Of a stretch of 26,096 nt of DNA, positions 6,336-16,044 are shown one piece after another. Each line of letters begins with the position of its first letter. Within the stretch, counting starts at the first letter, position 1. The DNA comes from an uncultured Oscillospiraceae bacterium (GTDB lineage: Bacteria; Bacillota; Clostridia; Oscillospirales; Butyricicoccaceae), in assembly GCA_964508665.1 (NCBI GenBank), contig CAZDUQ010000005.1, positions 1 to 26,096 of the forward strand. Direction: 5' to 3'. Made by a program: the position numbers and the translations under genes. The notes under the pieces are model-generated. The model had not been told where the DNA came from. It searched no databases and saw nothing but the letters and a program-made list of their open reading frames with translations.

Positions 6336-9300
6336 ATGGAACAGCTTTTCGCCCTGCCCCGGGCCCTGCCGGAATATCCCCGGCTGCTGCACGCCGCCCG
6401 GGAGGGGCTGTCCGCCGCCGTCTACGGCGTTTCTCCCGTTCATCGCGCTCACCTGACCGCCGCTCTGCTGGACGATCTGCCCCGGCGCACGGTGTGTGTG
6501 GTGTTGCGGGATGAGCAGGCGGCAAAAACCTTTGCCGCCGACCTGCAGGCCCTTTGCGGCGTTGAGGCCGTCCTGCTGCCCTGCCGCGATCTGGTGTTCC
6601 ACAATATGGAGGGTGTTTCCCACGAATACGAGCAGCAGCGGCTGTGGGCCCTGCGGCAGGTGCAGACCGGCAATGCCCGGGTGCTGTGTGCCCCCGCGGA
6701 TGCCCTGATGCTGCGCACCCTGCCCCCCGATGCCCTGGAGCGGTCGGTGCTCACCCTCACCGCCGACGGCAGCTACCGGGTGGAGGCGCTGGTGGAGCGG
6801 CTGCTGACGGCGGGCTACGCCCGCGTCTCCCAGGTGGAGGGATCGGGCCAGTTCGCCCTGCGGGGCGGCATTCTGGATGTGTTCCCCGCCGGGGACTCCG
6901 CCCCCATCCGGGCGGAGTTCTGGGGGGATGATGTGGACTCTCTCTGCCGCTTTGACCCCATGACCCAGCGCCGGGGCGAGACCGTTTCGGCGATCTCCAT
7001 CCTCCCTGTGCGGGAGGCGCTGCCCACCCTGGCAGAGGGGGGCATCGACGGCCTGTGCGCCGCGCTGCGCAAACTGGCCGGACGCAAATCCACCGGCCGG
7101 AAGCTGGAAGAGACGCTGCTCCACGATGCCGACACGCTGGAGCAGCTGCGCGCCCTGCCCGCCGCCGACCGCTATCTGCCCCTGATCTATCCCCAGCCGG
7201 CCTGCGGACTGGACTATCTGCCGCCGGACGCCCTGTTCCTGCTGTGCGACACCCCCGCCGTGCTGGAATGCGCCCAGGGCTTTACCCACCGGCAGGCCGA
7301 GGAGCTGGCCCATCTGCTGGAGGAAGGGCTGCTGCCCCCCTCCAAAACCGGCTACGGGCTGGAGGAGCGGCAGCTGCGCGCCCGCCTCACCGCCCCCATT
7401 CAGCTGGACAGCTTTGTGGGCAGCAGCGCCTTTTCTCCCGGTGAGCTGCTTTCGCCGGAGGTCAAGCAGCTGTCCACCGCCGCCGTGGGGCTGGATGCCC
7501 TGCTGCGGGACGTGCAGGACTACCTGCATCTGGGCTACACCGTCTTTCTGCTGACGGCAGGGCGCAGCCGGGCACAGAACCTCACCCGTCTGTTGCAGGA
7601 GCAGGACATCCCCTGCACCGACGACCCGCAGCAGGCCGGGCCCCGCCGGGTGTGCGTCCTGCCCCGGAGCCTTTCGGCCGGGGCGGAATATCCGTCCCTC
7701 AAGACCGTCCTGCTGTGTGAGAGCGGTCAGAGCCTGAAAAAGCCCGCCAAAAAGCGGAGATCCGGCAAGGATGCCGTCAAAAGCTTTTCCGACCTGCACC
7801 CCGGCGACCTGGTGGTACACGAGCACCACGGCATCGGCCGGTTTGTGGGGGTGGAGCGCATCCAGGTGGATAAGGTCTGGCGGGATTACATCAAGATCGC
7901 CTTTGCCGGCACCGATTTCGTCTTTGTTCCCGCCACCGGACTGGATCTGGTGAGCAAATACATCGGCAATCCGGAGCAGGAGAGCGTCCGTCTGTCCAAG
8001 CTGGGGGGCGTTTCCTGGCAAAAGGCCAAGCAGCGGGCCAAAAAGAGTGCCGCCGACCTGGCGGAACAGCTGTTGCAGCTGTACGCCGCCCGGCAGAAAA
8101 ATCCCGGCTTCGCCTTCTCCCCCGATGATGACTGGCAGCGGGCCTTTGAGGAGGCCTTCCCTTATGAAGAAACCGAGGATCAGCTTTTGTGCGCCCAGGA
8201 GATCAAGCGGGACATGGAGCGTCCCGTGCCCATGGACAGGCTGCTGTGCGGCGATGTGGGCTTCGGCAAGACCGAAGTGGCCTTCCGCGCCATCATGAAA
8301 TGCCTGCTGTCCGGCAAGCAGGCCGCCATTCTGGTGCCCACCACCGTGCTGGCCCGGCAGCATTACTTCTCCGCCGTGGAGCGCTTTTCGGGCTACCCCG
8401 TGAAGGTGGACATGATGAGCCGCTTCCGCACCCGGCAGCAGCAGGAGGAAACGCTGCGCAAGGTGAAAAACGGCCAGGTGGATCTGCTTATCGGCACCCA
8501 CCGCATTTTGCAGAAGGACATCCGCTTTAAGGATCTGGGCCTGCTGGTGGTGGACGAGGAGCAGCGCTTCGGCGTGGCCCACAAGGAGCGCATCAAGCAG
8601 ATGGCCCAGGGCGTCGATGTGCTGACTCTGACGGCCACCCCCATCCCCCGCACCCTGAACATGGCCCTTTCGGGCATCCGGGACATGAGCGTCCTGGAGG
8701 AGGCTCCCATGGGCCGCCAGCCGGTGCAGACCTATGTGCTGGAGCACAACGACGCCATCCTGCGGGACGCCATCCGCAGGGAGCTTGCCCGGGGTGGACA
8801 GGTGTATTATCTGCACAACCGCATCGACTCCATCGACCAGGCGGCCCTCAAGCTCCAGACTGCCTTCCCGGACGTCCCCATCGCCGTGGCCCACGGCCGC
8901 ATGACCGAGGAGCAGATGAGCGATGTGATGGGCCGGATGTACGGCGGCGAGGTGTCCATTCTGGTGTGTACCACCATCATCGAGACCGGCGTGGACATCC
9001 CCAATGTGAATACCCTCATCATCGAGGACGCAGACCACATGGGTCTGGCCCAGCTGCACCAGATCCGGGGCCGGGTGGGCCGCTCCAACCGTCACGCCTA
9101 TGCCTATCTCACCTATCGCCGGGGCAAGGTGCTCACCGAGGTGAGCCAGAAGCGCCTTTCGGCCATTCGGGAGTTTGCCGAGTTCGGCTCGGGCTTTAAG
9201 ATCGCCATGCGGGATCTGGAGATCCGGGGCGCGGGCAATGTGCTGGGGGCAGAGCAGAGCGGCCACATGATGGATGTGGGCTACGACCTGTACCTCCAGC

Positions 9301-9794
9301 TGCTGGCAGAGGCCACCGCCGAGCTCAGGGGAGAGCCCCCCGTCCACCGCACCGACTGCACCGCAGACCTGCTGGTGTCTGCCGGGCTGCCCCAGAACTA
9401 TGTGCCCGATGCCGCCACACGGGTAGATCTGTACCGGCGCATCGCCATGATCTCCTCTCTGGAGGACTACAGCGATATGCAGGATGAGCTGATCGACCGC
9501 TTCGGCGACCCGCCCAAAACCGCCTGCGCCCTGCTGGACATCGCCCTGCTCCGCGCCGATGCCACCCGGGCCGGTGTGTATGAGATCACCCAGAAAAACG
9601 GCAGCCTGCTGCTGTTCTTCCGTCCGGAGGCGCTGGAAGGGGCGGCCGCCTGCTGCGCCGCGCCGGACTTCCGGGGGCGGATCTTCCTTTCGGCGGGCGA
9701 CAAGCCCTACATCACCCTGAAGCTGCGCCCCACCGATGACCCGCTGGCCCAGGCCCGGGCGCTGATCGACCTTTACATCGAGGATAAAAAATGA
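6336..9794 (+). CDS. mfd: Transcription-repair coupling factor
   Basis: 1152 aa. UvrB-like N-terminus (RGGILDVFP), RID (PGDLVVHEHHGIGRF), CGDVGFGKT, DEEQRFG, QLHQIRGRVGR, DLEIRGAGN and a C-terminal TRCF domain. Confidence 0.97.
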   Translation: MEQLFALPRALPEYPRLLHAAREGLSAAVYGVSPVHRAHLTAALLDDLPRRTVCVVLRDEQAAKTFAADLQALCGVEAVLLPCRDLVFHNMEGVSHEYEQQRLWALRQVQTGNARVLCAPADALMLRTLPPDALERSVLTLTADGSYRVEALVERLLTAGYARVSQVEGSGQFALRGGILDVFPAGDSAPIRAEFWGDDVDSLCRFDPMTQRRGETVSAISILPVREALPTLAEGGIDGLCAALRKLAGRKSTGRKLEETLLHDADTLEQLRALPAADRYLPLIYPQPACGLDYLPPDALFLLCDTPAVLECAQGFTHRQAEELAHLLEEGLLPPSKTGYGLEERQLRARLTAPIQLDSFVGSSAFSPGELLSPEVKQLSTAAVGLDALLRDVQDYLHLGYTVFLLTAGRSRAQNLTRLLQEQDIPCTDDPQQAGPRRVCVLPRSLSAGAEYPSLKTVLLCESGQSLKKPAKKRRSGKDAVKSFSDLHPGDLVVHEHHGIGRFVGVERIQVDKVWRDYIKIAFAGTDFVFVPATGLDLVSKYIGNPEQESVRLSKLGGVSWQKAKQRAKKSAADLAEQLLQLYAARQKNPGFAFSPDDDWQRAFEEAFPYEETEDQLLCAQEIKRDMERPVPMDRLLCGDVGFGKTEVAFRAIMKCLLSGKQAAILVPTTVLARQHYFSAVERFSGYPVKVDMMSRFRTRQQQEETLRKVKNGQVDLLIGTHRILQKDIRFKDLGLLVVDEEQRFGVAHKERIKQMAQGVDVLTLTATPIPRTLNMALSGIRDMSVLEEAPMGRQPVQTYVLEHNDAILRDAIRRELARGGQVYYLHNRIDSIDQAALKLQTAFPDVPIAVAHGRMTEEQMSDVMGRMYGGEVSILVCTTIIETGVDIPNVNTLIIEDADHMGLAQLHQIRGRVGRSNRHAYAYLTYRRGKVLTEVSQKRLSAIREFAEFGSGFKIAMRDLEIRGAGNVLGAEQSGHMMDVGYDLYLQLLAEATAELRGEPPVHRTDCTADLLVSAGLPQNYVPDAATRVDLYRRIAMISSLEDYSDMQDELIDRFGDPPKTACALLDIALLRADATRAGVYEITQKNGSLLLFFRPEALEGAAACCAAPDFRGRIFLSAGDKPYITLKLRPTDDPLAQARALIDLYIEDKK

Positions 9795-9800
9795 TATACT
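9772..9800 (+). promoter_or_regulatory. Sigma-A-type promoter overlapping the mfd 3' end
   Basis: TTTACA (9772-9777), 17-nt spacer, TATACT (9795-9800) with an extended TG. Confidence 0.6.
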
Positions 9801-9832
9801 GTGGCCGTGATCCCGATTCAGGAGGCATCTCT

Positions 9833-10819
9833 ATGTTCAAAAAGCTTACCGCGCTGGCGCTTGGGGCACTGGCGCTTCTCACATTGCTCTCCGGCTGTGC
9901 CCCCAGCCCCACCGCTCTCACCGTGGGCGACCGCAAGGTGGATGCCGCCGAATACGCCTTTTACCTCTATTACAACCGCACCTCCACCGGCGAAAGCAGC
10001 GGTACCGTGCTGTATACCGATGCCGACACCGCCGCCGCGCGGGAGCGCTCGCTGGAGCAGATCATCACCAACGAGGTGGTGCGGCTCAAATGTCAGGAGC
10101 TGGGACTGGAACTCTCCGAGGCGCAGGAGACCACGCTGGAGCGCAACAAGGAACGTCTGGTGGAATCTCTGGGCGGCACCGCAGCCTATCTGGACTATCT
10201 GGAGCAGACCTATCTCACCGACCGGGGCTACGACAAATTCCAGGCCAACACCTACTACTACGACATCCTGTACACCTATATGACTCAGGAGAGTCAAACG
10301 CAGTTCACCGATGAAAAGCTGCGGCAGTATTTCGCCGCCCACTATGCCACCGTGAAATACATTTACATCTCCCTGCTGGACAACGAAGGCCAGCCGCTGG
10401 ACGGGGAGCTGTACGAGAGCCGGGGCGAGCTGGCCAGAAGCCTTGTAGTGCAGGCCCAGAGCGAGGACGCCGATTTTGACACCCTGATGGAGACGTACAG
10501 CGAGGATCCCTTCATGACCGCTGCGGGCATCCCCATCAGCGAGCAGGAGGCCCGCAGCACCGAGTATCTCTCCACCCTGTTCGATCTGGAGGAGGGGGAG
10601 GTCAGCGGACTGGTCACCTGCTCCGACGGCTATTATATCCTGAAGCGGTGCCCCATCCCCGCCGGCTATTACGACGAAAACCAGTCGGATGTCTATCTGT
10701 CTGCGCTGGATCAGCTGTTTTCCGAGACGCTGGAAAGCTGGAAGGCCGAATATCCCGTCACCGTGCACAAGCTCGTTGATGAGATCGACCTGAACAATCT
10801 GCGGGAGTATATCAAATAA
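9833..10819 (+). CDS. PrsA/SurA-like peptidyl-prolyl isomerase (foldase) lipoprotein (328 aa)
   Basis: AGGAGG RBS before ATG 9833; lipobox LLSGC; parvulin-like segment (YIYISL...ADFDTLMETYSED...GEVSGLVTCSDGYYILKR); position after mfd as in other Clostridia. Confidence 0.8.
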   Translation: MFKKLTALALGALALLTLLSGCAPSPTALTVGDRKVDAAEYAFYLYYNRTSTGESSGTVLYTDADTAAARERSLEQIITNEVVRLKCQELGLELSEAQETTLERNKERLVESLGGTAAYLDYLEQTYLTDRGYDKFQANTYYYDILYTYMTQESQTQFTDEKLRQYFAAHYATVKYIYISLLDNEGQPLDGELYESRGELARSLVVQAQSEDADFDTLMETYSEDPFMTAAGIPISEQEARSTEYLSTLFDLEEGEVSGLVTCSDGYYILKRCPIPAGYYDENQSDVYLSALDQLFSETLESWKAEYPVTVHKLVDEIDLNNLREYIK

Positions 10820-10828
10820 TTTTTCATG

Positions 10829-10867
10829 CAAAACGCCTCCGTGCCCTTGTGGTGCGGAGGCGTTTTG
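10829..10867. terminator. Bidirectional intrinsic terminator
   Basis: CAAAACGCCTCCG...CGGAGGCGTTTTG between convergent genes. Confidence 0.8.
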
Positions 10868-10880
10868 TGTTTGTCCGGCT

Positions 10881-11081
10881 TCAGCTCCGGCGTGGCTCGA
10901 TGCGCTTGAACAGCAGCGTGATGCACCACAGGGCGGAAAGCCCTACCAGCCCATAAACGATGCGGCTGCCCAGCGCCGCCTGAGAGCCGAAGATCCATGC
11001 CACCAGATCGAACCGGAACAGACTCATCAGTCCCCAGTTGAGCCCGCCGATCACCAGCAGCGAAAGCGCGGTCTTGTCCAT
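10881..11081 (-). CDS. DUF378-family small membrane protein (66 aa)
   Basis: GGAGGTG RBS; LLVIGGLNWGL..LFRFDLVAWIFG...SRIVYGLVGLSALW family signature. Confidence 0.88.
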   Translation of the reverse strand: MDKTALSLLVIGGLNWGLMSLFRFDLVAWIFGSQAALGSRIVYGLVGLSALWCITLLFKRIEPRRS

Positions 11082-11198
11082 AGAAAGCCACCTCCCTTCG
11101 GTTCCTGCAACCTTTTTTTCGTAGTTTTGGGTTTTCGGATGGAAATATACGCGGAAATGTGTTATACTGAAAAAAATTCCCGCAAAGGAGCCTTTTTC

Positions 11199-12008
11199 AT
11201 GGAGCATCTCTGTGACAGCCACACCCACACCTGGTATTCCTTCGATGCCTGCTGCACGGTGGAGGAGCTGTGTCTTGCCGCCCACGCCGGGGGGCTTTTC
11301 GCCGTGACCATGACCGAGCATTACGATTATGACGGCGGCACGGGCGGCAATTATTACGAGGCCCGCCTTTCCCGCCGCATGGCAGAGGTCGCCAGGGCAA
11401 AAACCCGCTGGGCCGGTCGGCTGGAGGTGCTGTGCGGCATCGAACTGGGCCAGCCTCACCTGGAGCCGGAGGCCGCAAAGCGACTGGCAAACAGCGACGG
11501 GCTGGATCTGGTCATCGGCAGCCTGCACGAGCTGCGTCCCCACCGGGATATCTATCGGGATCTGGTGCTGGACACCATGGAGGCCTGCGATGAGGCCTAT
11601 CGGGACTTCTTTCAGGAGGCGCGGGAGCTGGTGCGCCTGTGCGACGTGGATGTCTTCGGCCATTACGATTACCCGCTGCGGCTGATGGGCAAGGCCGGCA
11701 TTGCCCCCAATATGGAGCGCTGGCAGGAGCTGATGCTGCCCTTTCTGAAGGATCTGGCCCAAAGCGGCATCGCGCTGGAGCTGAACACCACCGGTCTGCG
11801 TCGCTGGATGGGCCGTCCCGCCGGGGAGCCCTGGCTGCTGGAGCGGTACCGCGCCTTTGGCGGCAGACGGATCACCATCGGCTCGGATGCTCACCGCACC
11901 GCCCATGTGGGACTGGGTGTTCGAGAGACCTGCGCTCTGCTGCGGGAGTGCGGCTTTGACAGCGTCACCGTCTACCGGCAGCGCAGGCCGGTTCAGCTTT
12001 CCATCTGA
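11199..12008 (+). CDS. PHP-family phosphatase, histidinol-phosphatase HisJ-like (269 aa)
   Basis: AAAGGAG RBS; DSHTH, TEH, GSLH, GHYD, GSDAH metal motifs; TGtTATACT at ~11160-11168. Confidence 0.85.
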   Translation: MEHLCDSHTHTWYSFDACCTVEELCLAAHAGGLFAVTMTEHYDYDGGTGGNYYEARLSRRMAEVARAKTRWAGRLEVLCGIELGQPHLEPEAAKRLANSDGLDLVIGSLHELRPHRDIYRDLVLDTMEACDEAYRDFFQEARELVRLCDVDVFGHYDYPLRLMGKAGIAPNMERWQELMLPFLKDLAQSGIALELNTTGLRRWMGRPAGEPWLLERYRAFGGRRITIGSDAHRTAHVGLGVRETCALLRECGFDSVTVYRQRRPVQLSI

Positions 12009-12019
12009 GGTGAGTCGTC

Positions 12020-12889
12020 ATGCGTACCTTTGAAGAAAAGGCCTTTGCCAAGCTCAACCTGTATCTGGGCGTGGGCGCGCTTCGGCCCGACGGCTACCAC
12101 GAGCTGGTGACCGTTTTTCAGTCCATCGATCTGTGCGATCTGGTGGCCGTCTCTCTGCATCACCGGGGGGATATCTCCCTGCGGTGCAACCTGCCCTATC
12201 TCCCCACCGATGGCCGCAATCTGGCGGTCAAGGCGGCAGAGACCTTTTTCCGCGTCACCGGTCTGGAAAATCCCGGCCTGAATATCAATATCAAGAAGGT
12301 CATCCCCGTCGGAGCGGGTATGGCTGGCGGCAGCACCGATGCCGCCTGTGTCTTGCGGCTGCTGAACCGGGCCTTTGGAATGCCACTCAGCGGCCGCCGC
12401 CTGGCGGAAACCGCCCTTTCCCTGGGGGCCGACGTGCCCTTCTGTCTCTCCGGCGGCACCGCGCTGGCCCGGGGCGTTGGCGAAAAGCTCCATCCCCTGC
12501 CGCCCCTGCCCCCCTGCTTTTTTGTGGTGGGCAAGCCGGGCTTCTCGGTGTCCACTGCCGATGCCTTCGGCCTGTATGACCGGCAGCCCCGGCGGAACGC
12601 CCCCTCCGACGCGCCCCTGCGGGAGGCGCTTGCTGCAGGCGACCTGCCGGCCGTGGCCGCCGGCCTGTACAACTCGCTGGAGGCTCCCGTGGGCTCGCAG
12701 CGGCCCCTGATCCTCCGACTGCGGGACACGCTGCTGGAAAACGGCGCGCTGGGCGCCCGGATGACCGGCTCGGGCTCGGCGGTCTACGGCATTTTTTCGG
12801 AGGAAGCCGCCGCCCGGGCCGCCGCCCGCAATTTGCGGAGCATCTGCCGGGAGGTCTATCTCTGTCGGCCGCTCCCATCCAGAAAGTAA
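12020..12889 (+). CDS. ispE: 4-diphosphocytidyl-2-C-methyl-D-erythritol kinase
   Basis: AKLNLYL, KVIPVGAGMAGGSTDAA, GADVPF, MTGSGSAVYG. Confidence 0.95.
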   Translation: MRTFEEKAFAKLNLYLGVGALRPDGYHELVTVFQSIDLCDLVAVSLHHRGDISLRCNLPYLPTDGRNLAVKAAETFFRVTGLENPGLNINIKKVIPVGAGMAGGSTDAACVLRLLNRAFGMPLSGRRLAETALSLGADVPFCLSGGTALARGVGEKLHPLPPLPPCFFVVGKPGFSVSTADAFGLYDRQPRRNAPSDAPLREALAAGDLPAVAAGLYNSLEAPVGSQRPLILRLRDTLLENGALGARMTGSGSAVYGIFSEEAAARAAARNLRSICREVYLCRPLPSRK

Positions 12890-12923
12890 TCCCTTATCCA
12901 TCTTTCATCAGGAGGTATCGATC

Positions 12924-13727
12924 ATGGAAACGATCAAAAACAGCATTCTTCAGCGGGTGAAGGACTTCCCCGGCCACACCTCGATCTACTTTAAGGATCT
13001 GACCGGAGGCGAAAGCTTCGGCTGCAACGCCGAAGAGCCCATGGTGGCCGCCAGCGTCATCAAGCTCACCGTTATGGCCGAGCTGTTCCGCCAGATCGAA
13101 GCGGGCATGGTCTCCCGGGAGCAGACGCTCACCGTCCGCGACGAAAACCGGGTGCCCATCTGCGGCGTGCTCACCCTGATGCACACCGGCATGGAGGTCA
13201 CTCCCATCGACCTGTGTCGGCTGATGATTACCATTTCCGACAACATGGCCACCAATATGCTCATCGACCTGCTGGGCATTCCCAACATTCAGGAGAATAT
13301 CCGTCGTCTCGATCTGGAGGGCGTGGAGCTCAACCGCAAGCTGTTCGAAAAGCGCCCCGAATACCGGCAGAAGCGCAATTATGTCACCGCCGCCGGTATC
13401 GGCCGCCTGCTGGAGCTGCTGTATCGCGGAGAGGTGGTCAGCCCCGCCGCCTCCAAGGAGATGCTGGAGATCATGCAGGCCCAGCAGTGTACCAACAAGA
13501 TCCCCCTGTTGCTGCCCGGCGAGGGCCGCGCCGCCCACAAGACCGGCGAGGACGAGGGCATCACCCACGATACCGGCATCATTTACGCCAAAAAGCCCTT
13601 CATCGTCTGCTACATCAACTCTCAGCTGGAGCCCGGCACCGAGGGCCGCATGAATATCCAGATCGGCCGGATCACCCGGGAGCTGTGGGATGCCATGGGC
13701 GGTGCGCCGGAGGAGGAGCAGGCGTGA
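12924..13727 (+). CDS. Serine hydrolase, class A beta-lactamase-like fold, no signal peptide
   Basis: SxxK (ASVIK), SDN and KTG motifs. Confidence 0.85.
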   Translation: METIKNSILQRVKDFPGHTSIYFKDLTGGESFGCNAEEPMVAASVIKLTVMAELFRQIEAGMVSREQTLTVRDENRVPICGVLTLMHTGMEVTPIDLCRLMITISDNMATNMLIDLLGIPNIQENIRRLDLEGVELNRKLFEKRPEYRQKRNYVTAAGIGRLLELLYRGEVVSPAASKEMLEIMQAQQCTNKIPLLLPGEGRAAHKTGEDEGITHDTGIIYAKKPFIVCYINSQLEPGTEGRMNIQIGRITRELWDAMGGAPEEEQA

Positions 13728-14140
13728 CCGTTCTGGTGCTGGACGGTCAGGGCGGGCGGCTGGGCAGCCAGCTGGTAAAGGAGATCGTCCAGCGCTTTCC
13801 GGAGCAGGAGCTGCTGGCCGTGGGCACCAACAGCATGGCCACCGAGCGGATGCTCAAGGCGGGCGCGCTCCGGGCCGCCACCGGGGAAAATGCCGTGGCG
13901 GTGGTCTGCCGCCGGGCAGACGTGATCCTGGGCCCCATGGGCATGGTGATCGCCGACGCCCTTCTGGGAGAGGTCACCCCCGCCATGGCCCGGGCCGTGG
14001 GGCAGAGCGGCGCCGTGCGCATTCTTCTGCCCTCTGACAAATGCGAAACACTGGTGGCCGGCATCGGCTGCCAGTCCATGACCGAACTCATCCGGGACGC
14101 CATGGCCAAGCTGGAGGCCGTGCTTTCCCGTGAAGGATAA
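13724..14140 (+). CDS. DUF3842-family protein (138 aa)
   Basis: GTG start overlaps the upstream stop; VLDGQGGRLG, AVGTNSMATERMLKAGA, GENAV, GEVTPAMARAVG. Confidence 0.8.
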   Translation: MTVLVLDGQGGRLGSQLVKEIVQRFPEQELLAVGTNSMATERMLKAGALRAATGENAVAVVCRRADVILGPMGMVIADALLGEVTPAMARAVGQSGAVRILLPSDKCETLVAGIGCQSMTELIRDAMAKLEAVLSREG

Positions 14141-14158
14141 CAACAAGGAGGGAACCCC

Positions 14159-15088
14159 ATGTCTTTTAACGGCAGCGTAGGCGAGCACCTGTACAGTGTC
14201 TATTTCGCCCCCCGCGGCAGAGACCGCATCTATCAGCTGGGCATGAGCATCGCCCAGCAGCATCTCAACCCCGCAGACCGCGTCATCGGTGTCATCGGCG
14301 AGGCCGGATCGGGCAAGTCCATGATCATCAAGGGGATGTTCCCCGGGCTGGAGCTGACCAACGACGACGAGGGCGTCAATGTCCGCCCCCTCCCCCTGCT
14401 GTGTCAGGACGAGGAAAACCGCTTCTACTCCCCCCACACCTATCACATGGATGTGCGCTTTGAGCTGGGCTTTACCCAACTGCATACCCTGGTGGAGGCC
14501 GTACAGGAGGCCGTTGCCCGGGGCAAGCGGGTCATCATTGAGCATTTTGACCTGCTGTACGAGGCGCTGCGCTTCAACGCCGACCTGATCGTGGGCGTGG
14601 GCGAGGAGGTCATCGTCACCCGACCCAATATTTTCGGCCCGCTGCCGGAGGACGTGGCCAAGATCGTCCACAAGTCGGTGCGCGTCCGGCAGATGGCCCA
14701 CACCGCAGAGGATCTGCTGGAATCCCATATGCCGGAAAAGGACGTGATCCGCGCCCTCCACGGCGACATCAAGAACGGCTTCCTGATGGCGTTTCACGAC
14801 AGCCCGCCCCAGGTGGATCTGGACGAGCTGGAGCGACTGGTTCAGGCCGACATCGCTGCTGATCTGCCGGTGGAATATGTGGACGACCGTACCATCGCCA
14901 TCGGCGGCAGCCACCAGCCCTGCACCGGCCCCCGCACCCATGTTTCCAGCACGGGCAAGATCGAGGGCTTCCACCTGCTGAAGGAGATCATCTATGATCA
15001 CCGCAACCAGCGCTGGCTGCTGGTGGGCCGCGTGGGCACCTCTGACGGAGACGGGCAGCGGCATTTCAACGATCTGGAGCTGATCTGA
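14159..15088 (+). CDS. P-loop NTPase fused to an AlaRS/ThrRS second-additional-domain (AlaX-like editing) region; function unknown
   Basis: Walker A GEAGSGKS, VIIEH Walker-B-like strand, then MAHTAEDLL and CTGPRTHV...IEGF resembling the AlaX HxxxH / CxGxH motifs. Confidence 0.7.
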   Translation: MSFNGSVGEHLYSVYFAPRGRDRIYQLGMSIAQQHLNPADRVIGVIGEAGSGKSMIIKGMFPGLELTNDDEGVNVRPLPLLCQDEENRFYSPHTYHMDVRFELGFTQLHTLVEAVQEAVARGKRVIIEHFDLLYEALRFNADLIVGVGEEVIVTRPNIFGPLPEDVAKIVHKSVRVRQMAHTAEDLLESHMPEKDVIRALHGDIKNGFLMAFHDSPPQVDLDELERLVQADIAADLPVEYVDDRTIAIGGSHQPCTGPRTHVSSTGKIEGFHLLKEIIYDHRNQRWLLVGRVGTSDGDGQRHFNDLELI

Positions 15089-15090
15089 CC

Positions 15091-15528
15091 ATGAAGATCA
15101 TGGGCATCGATCTGGGAAAGGTACGCACCGGCGTGTGCGTGTCCGACCTGAGCGGCTTTCTGGCCGGCCGCTCCATCACCATCACCGAGCACAACCGCCA
15201 GCGTCTGCTGGAGGCCGTCTGCCGGGAAATTCAGGCGGAAAAGCCCGGACAGATCGTGGTGGGCCTTCCCCTGAACATGAACGGCACCGAGGGCCCCAAG
15301 GCGCTGGAATGCCGGGAGTTCGCCCGGCAGCTCCATGACGCCTGCGGGCTGGAGGTAGTGCTGTGGGACGAGCGGGGCAGCTCGGTGACGGCCAACCGCA
15401 TCCTGTCCGACGCCGGCAAAAAGCGGGACAAGCAGCGCCAGCGGGTGGACGCCGTGGCGGCGCAGGTCATTCTGCAAAGCTATCTGGATTTTTGGAACCT
15501 ACAGAAAAAACGCGAAAAGGAGCAGTGA
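15091..15528 (+). CDS. ruvX: Holliday junction resolvase-like / pre-16S rRNA nuclease YqgF (RuvX)
   Basis: MGIDLGKVRTGV, VVGLPLNMNG, WDERGSS, VDAVAAQVILQSYLD. Confidence 0.93.
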   Translation: MKIMGIDLGKVRTGVCVSDLSGFLAGRSITITEHNRQRLLEAVCREIQAEKPGQIVVGLPLNMNGTEGPKALECREFARQLHDACGLEVVLWDERGSSVTANRILSDAGKKRDKQRQRVDAVAAQVILQSYLDFWNLQKKREKEQ

Positions 15529-15531
15529 ACC

Positions 15532-16044
15532 ATGGAATTTCAGGAATTGATCCACGCCCGTTATTCGGTGCGCAAATATGCCGACCGTCCGGTGGAGGAG
15601 GACAAGCTGCAAGCCGTGCTGGCCGCCGGAGCTGCCGCTCCCACCGCCAAAAATCAGCAGCCCCAGCGGATCTATGTGCTGGAAAGCCCGGAGGCGCTGG
15701 CAAAGATCCGGGCCATCACCCGCTGTGCCTTCAACGCCCCCACCGTGCTGCTGATCTGCGGTGACCGTCAGGCCGCCTGGACCAACCCCTTCAACGACCG
15801 CAATTCCGCCGAAATGGACTGCTCCATCGTCACCACCCAGATGATGCTTCAGGCCACCGAGCTGGGTCTGGGCACCTGCTGGGTGTGCTGGTTCGACACC
15901 GAGGAGACCCGGCGGGCCTTCTCCATCCCGGAGGAGCAGGAGGTTCTTGCCCTGCTGCCGCTGGGCTATCCCGCCCAGGACAGCCACCCCTCCTCCAATC
16001 ATGCCAGCCGCCGTCCGCTGGCGGAAACGGTGGTGCGCCTGTGA
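15532..16044 (+). CDS. Nitroreductase family flavoprotein
   Basis: RYSVRKY, APTAKNQQP, ATELGLGTCWV, LLPLGYP. Confidence 0.9.
   Translation: MEFQELIHARYSVRKYADRPVEEDKLQAVLAAGAAAPTAKNQQPQRIYVLESPEALAKIRAITRCAFNAPTVLLICGDRQAAWTNPFNDRNSAEMDCSIVTTQMMLQATELGLGTCWVCWFDTEETRRAFSIPEEQEVLALLPLGYPAQDSHPSSNHASRRPLAETVVRL

Noticed and set aside
3307-9347. Very long minus-strand ORFs (975 aa at 3307..6234, 1037 aa at 6234..9347)
   Set aside because: Antisense shadows of prs/pth/amidohydrolase/mfd caused by GC-rich codon bias; no RBS or recognisable domains.
12924-13727. Antibiotic-resistance beta-lactamase
   Set aside because: No signal peptide, apparently lacks the class A deacylation glutamate, and sits in a housekeeping context.
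9818-15064. Other long overlapping track ORFs (9818..10831, 10881..11906 extension, 11993..12901, 13622..15064)
   Set aside because: Shadow frames of well-supported opposite-strand genes; only the last 66 codons of 10881..11906 (DUF378) are real.
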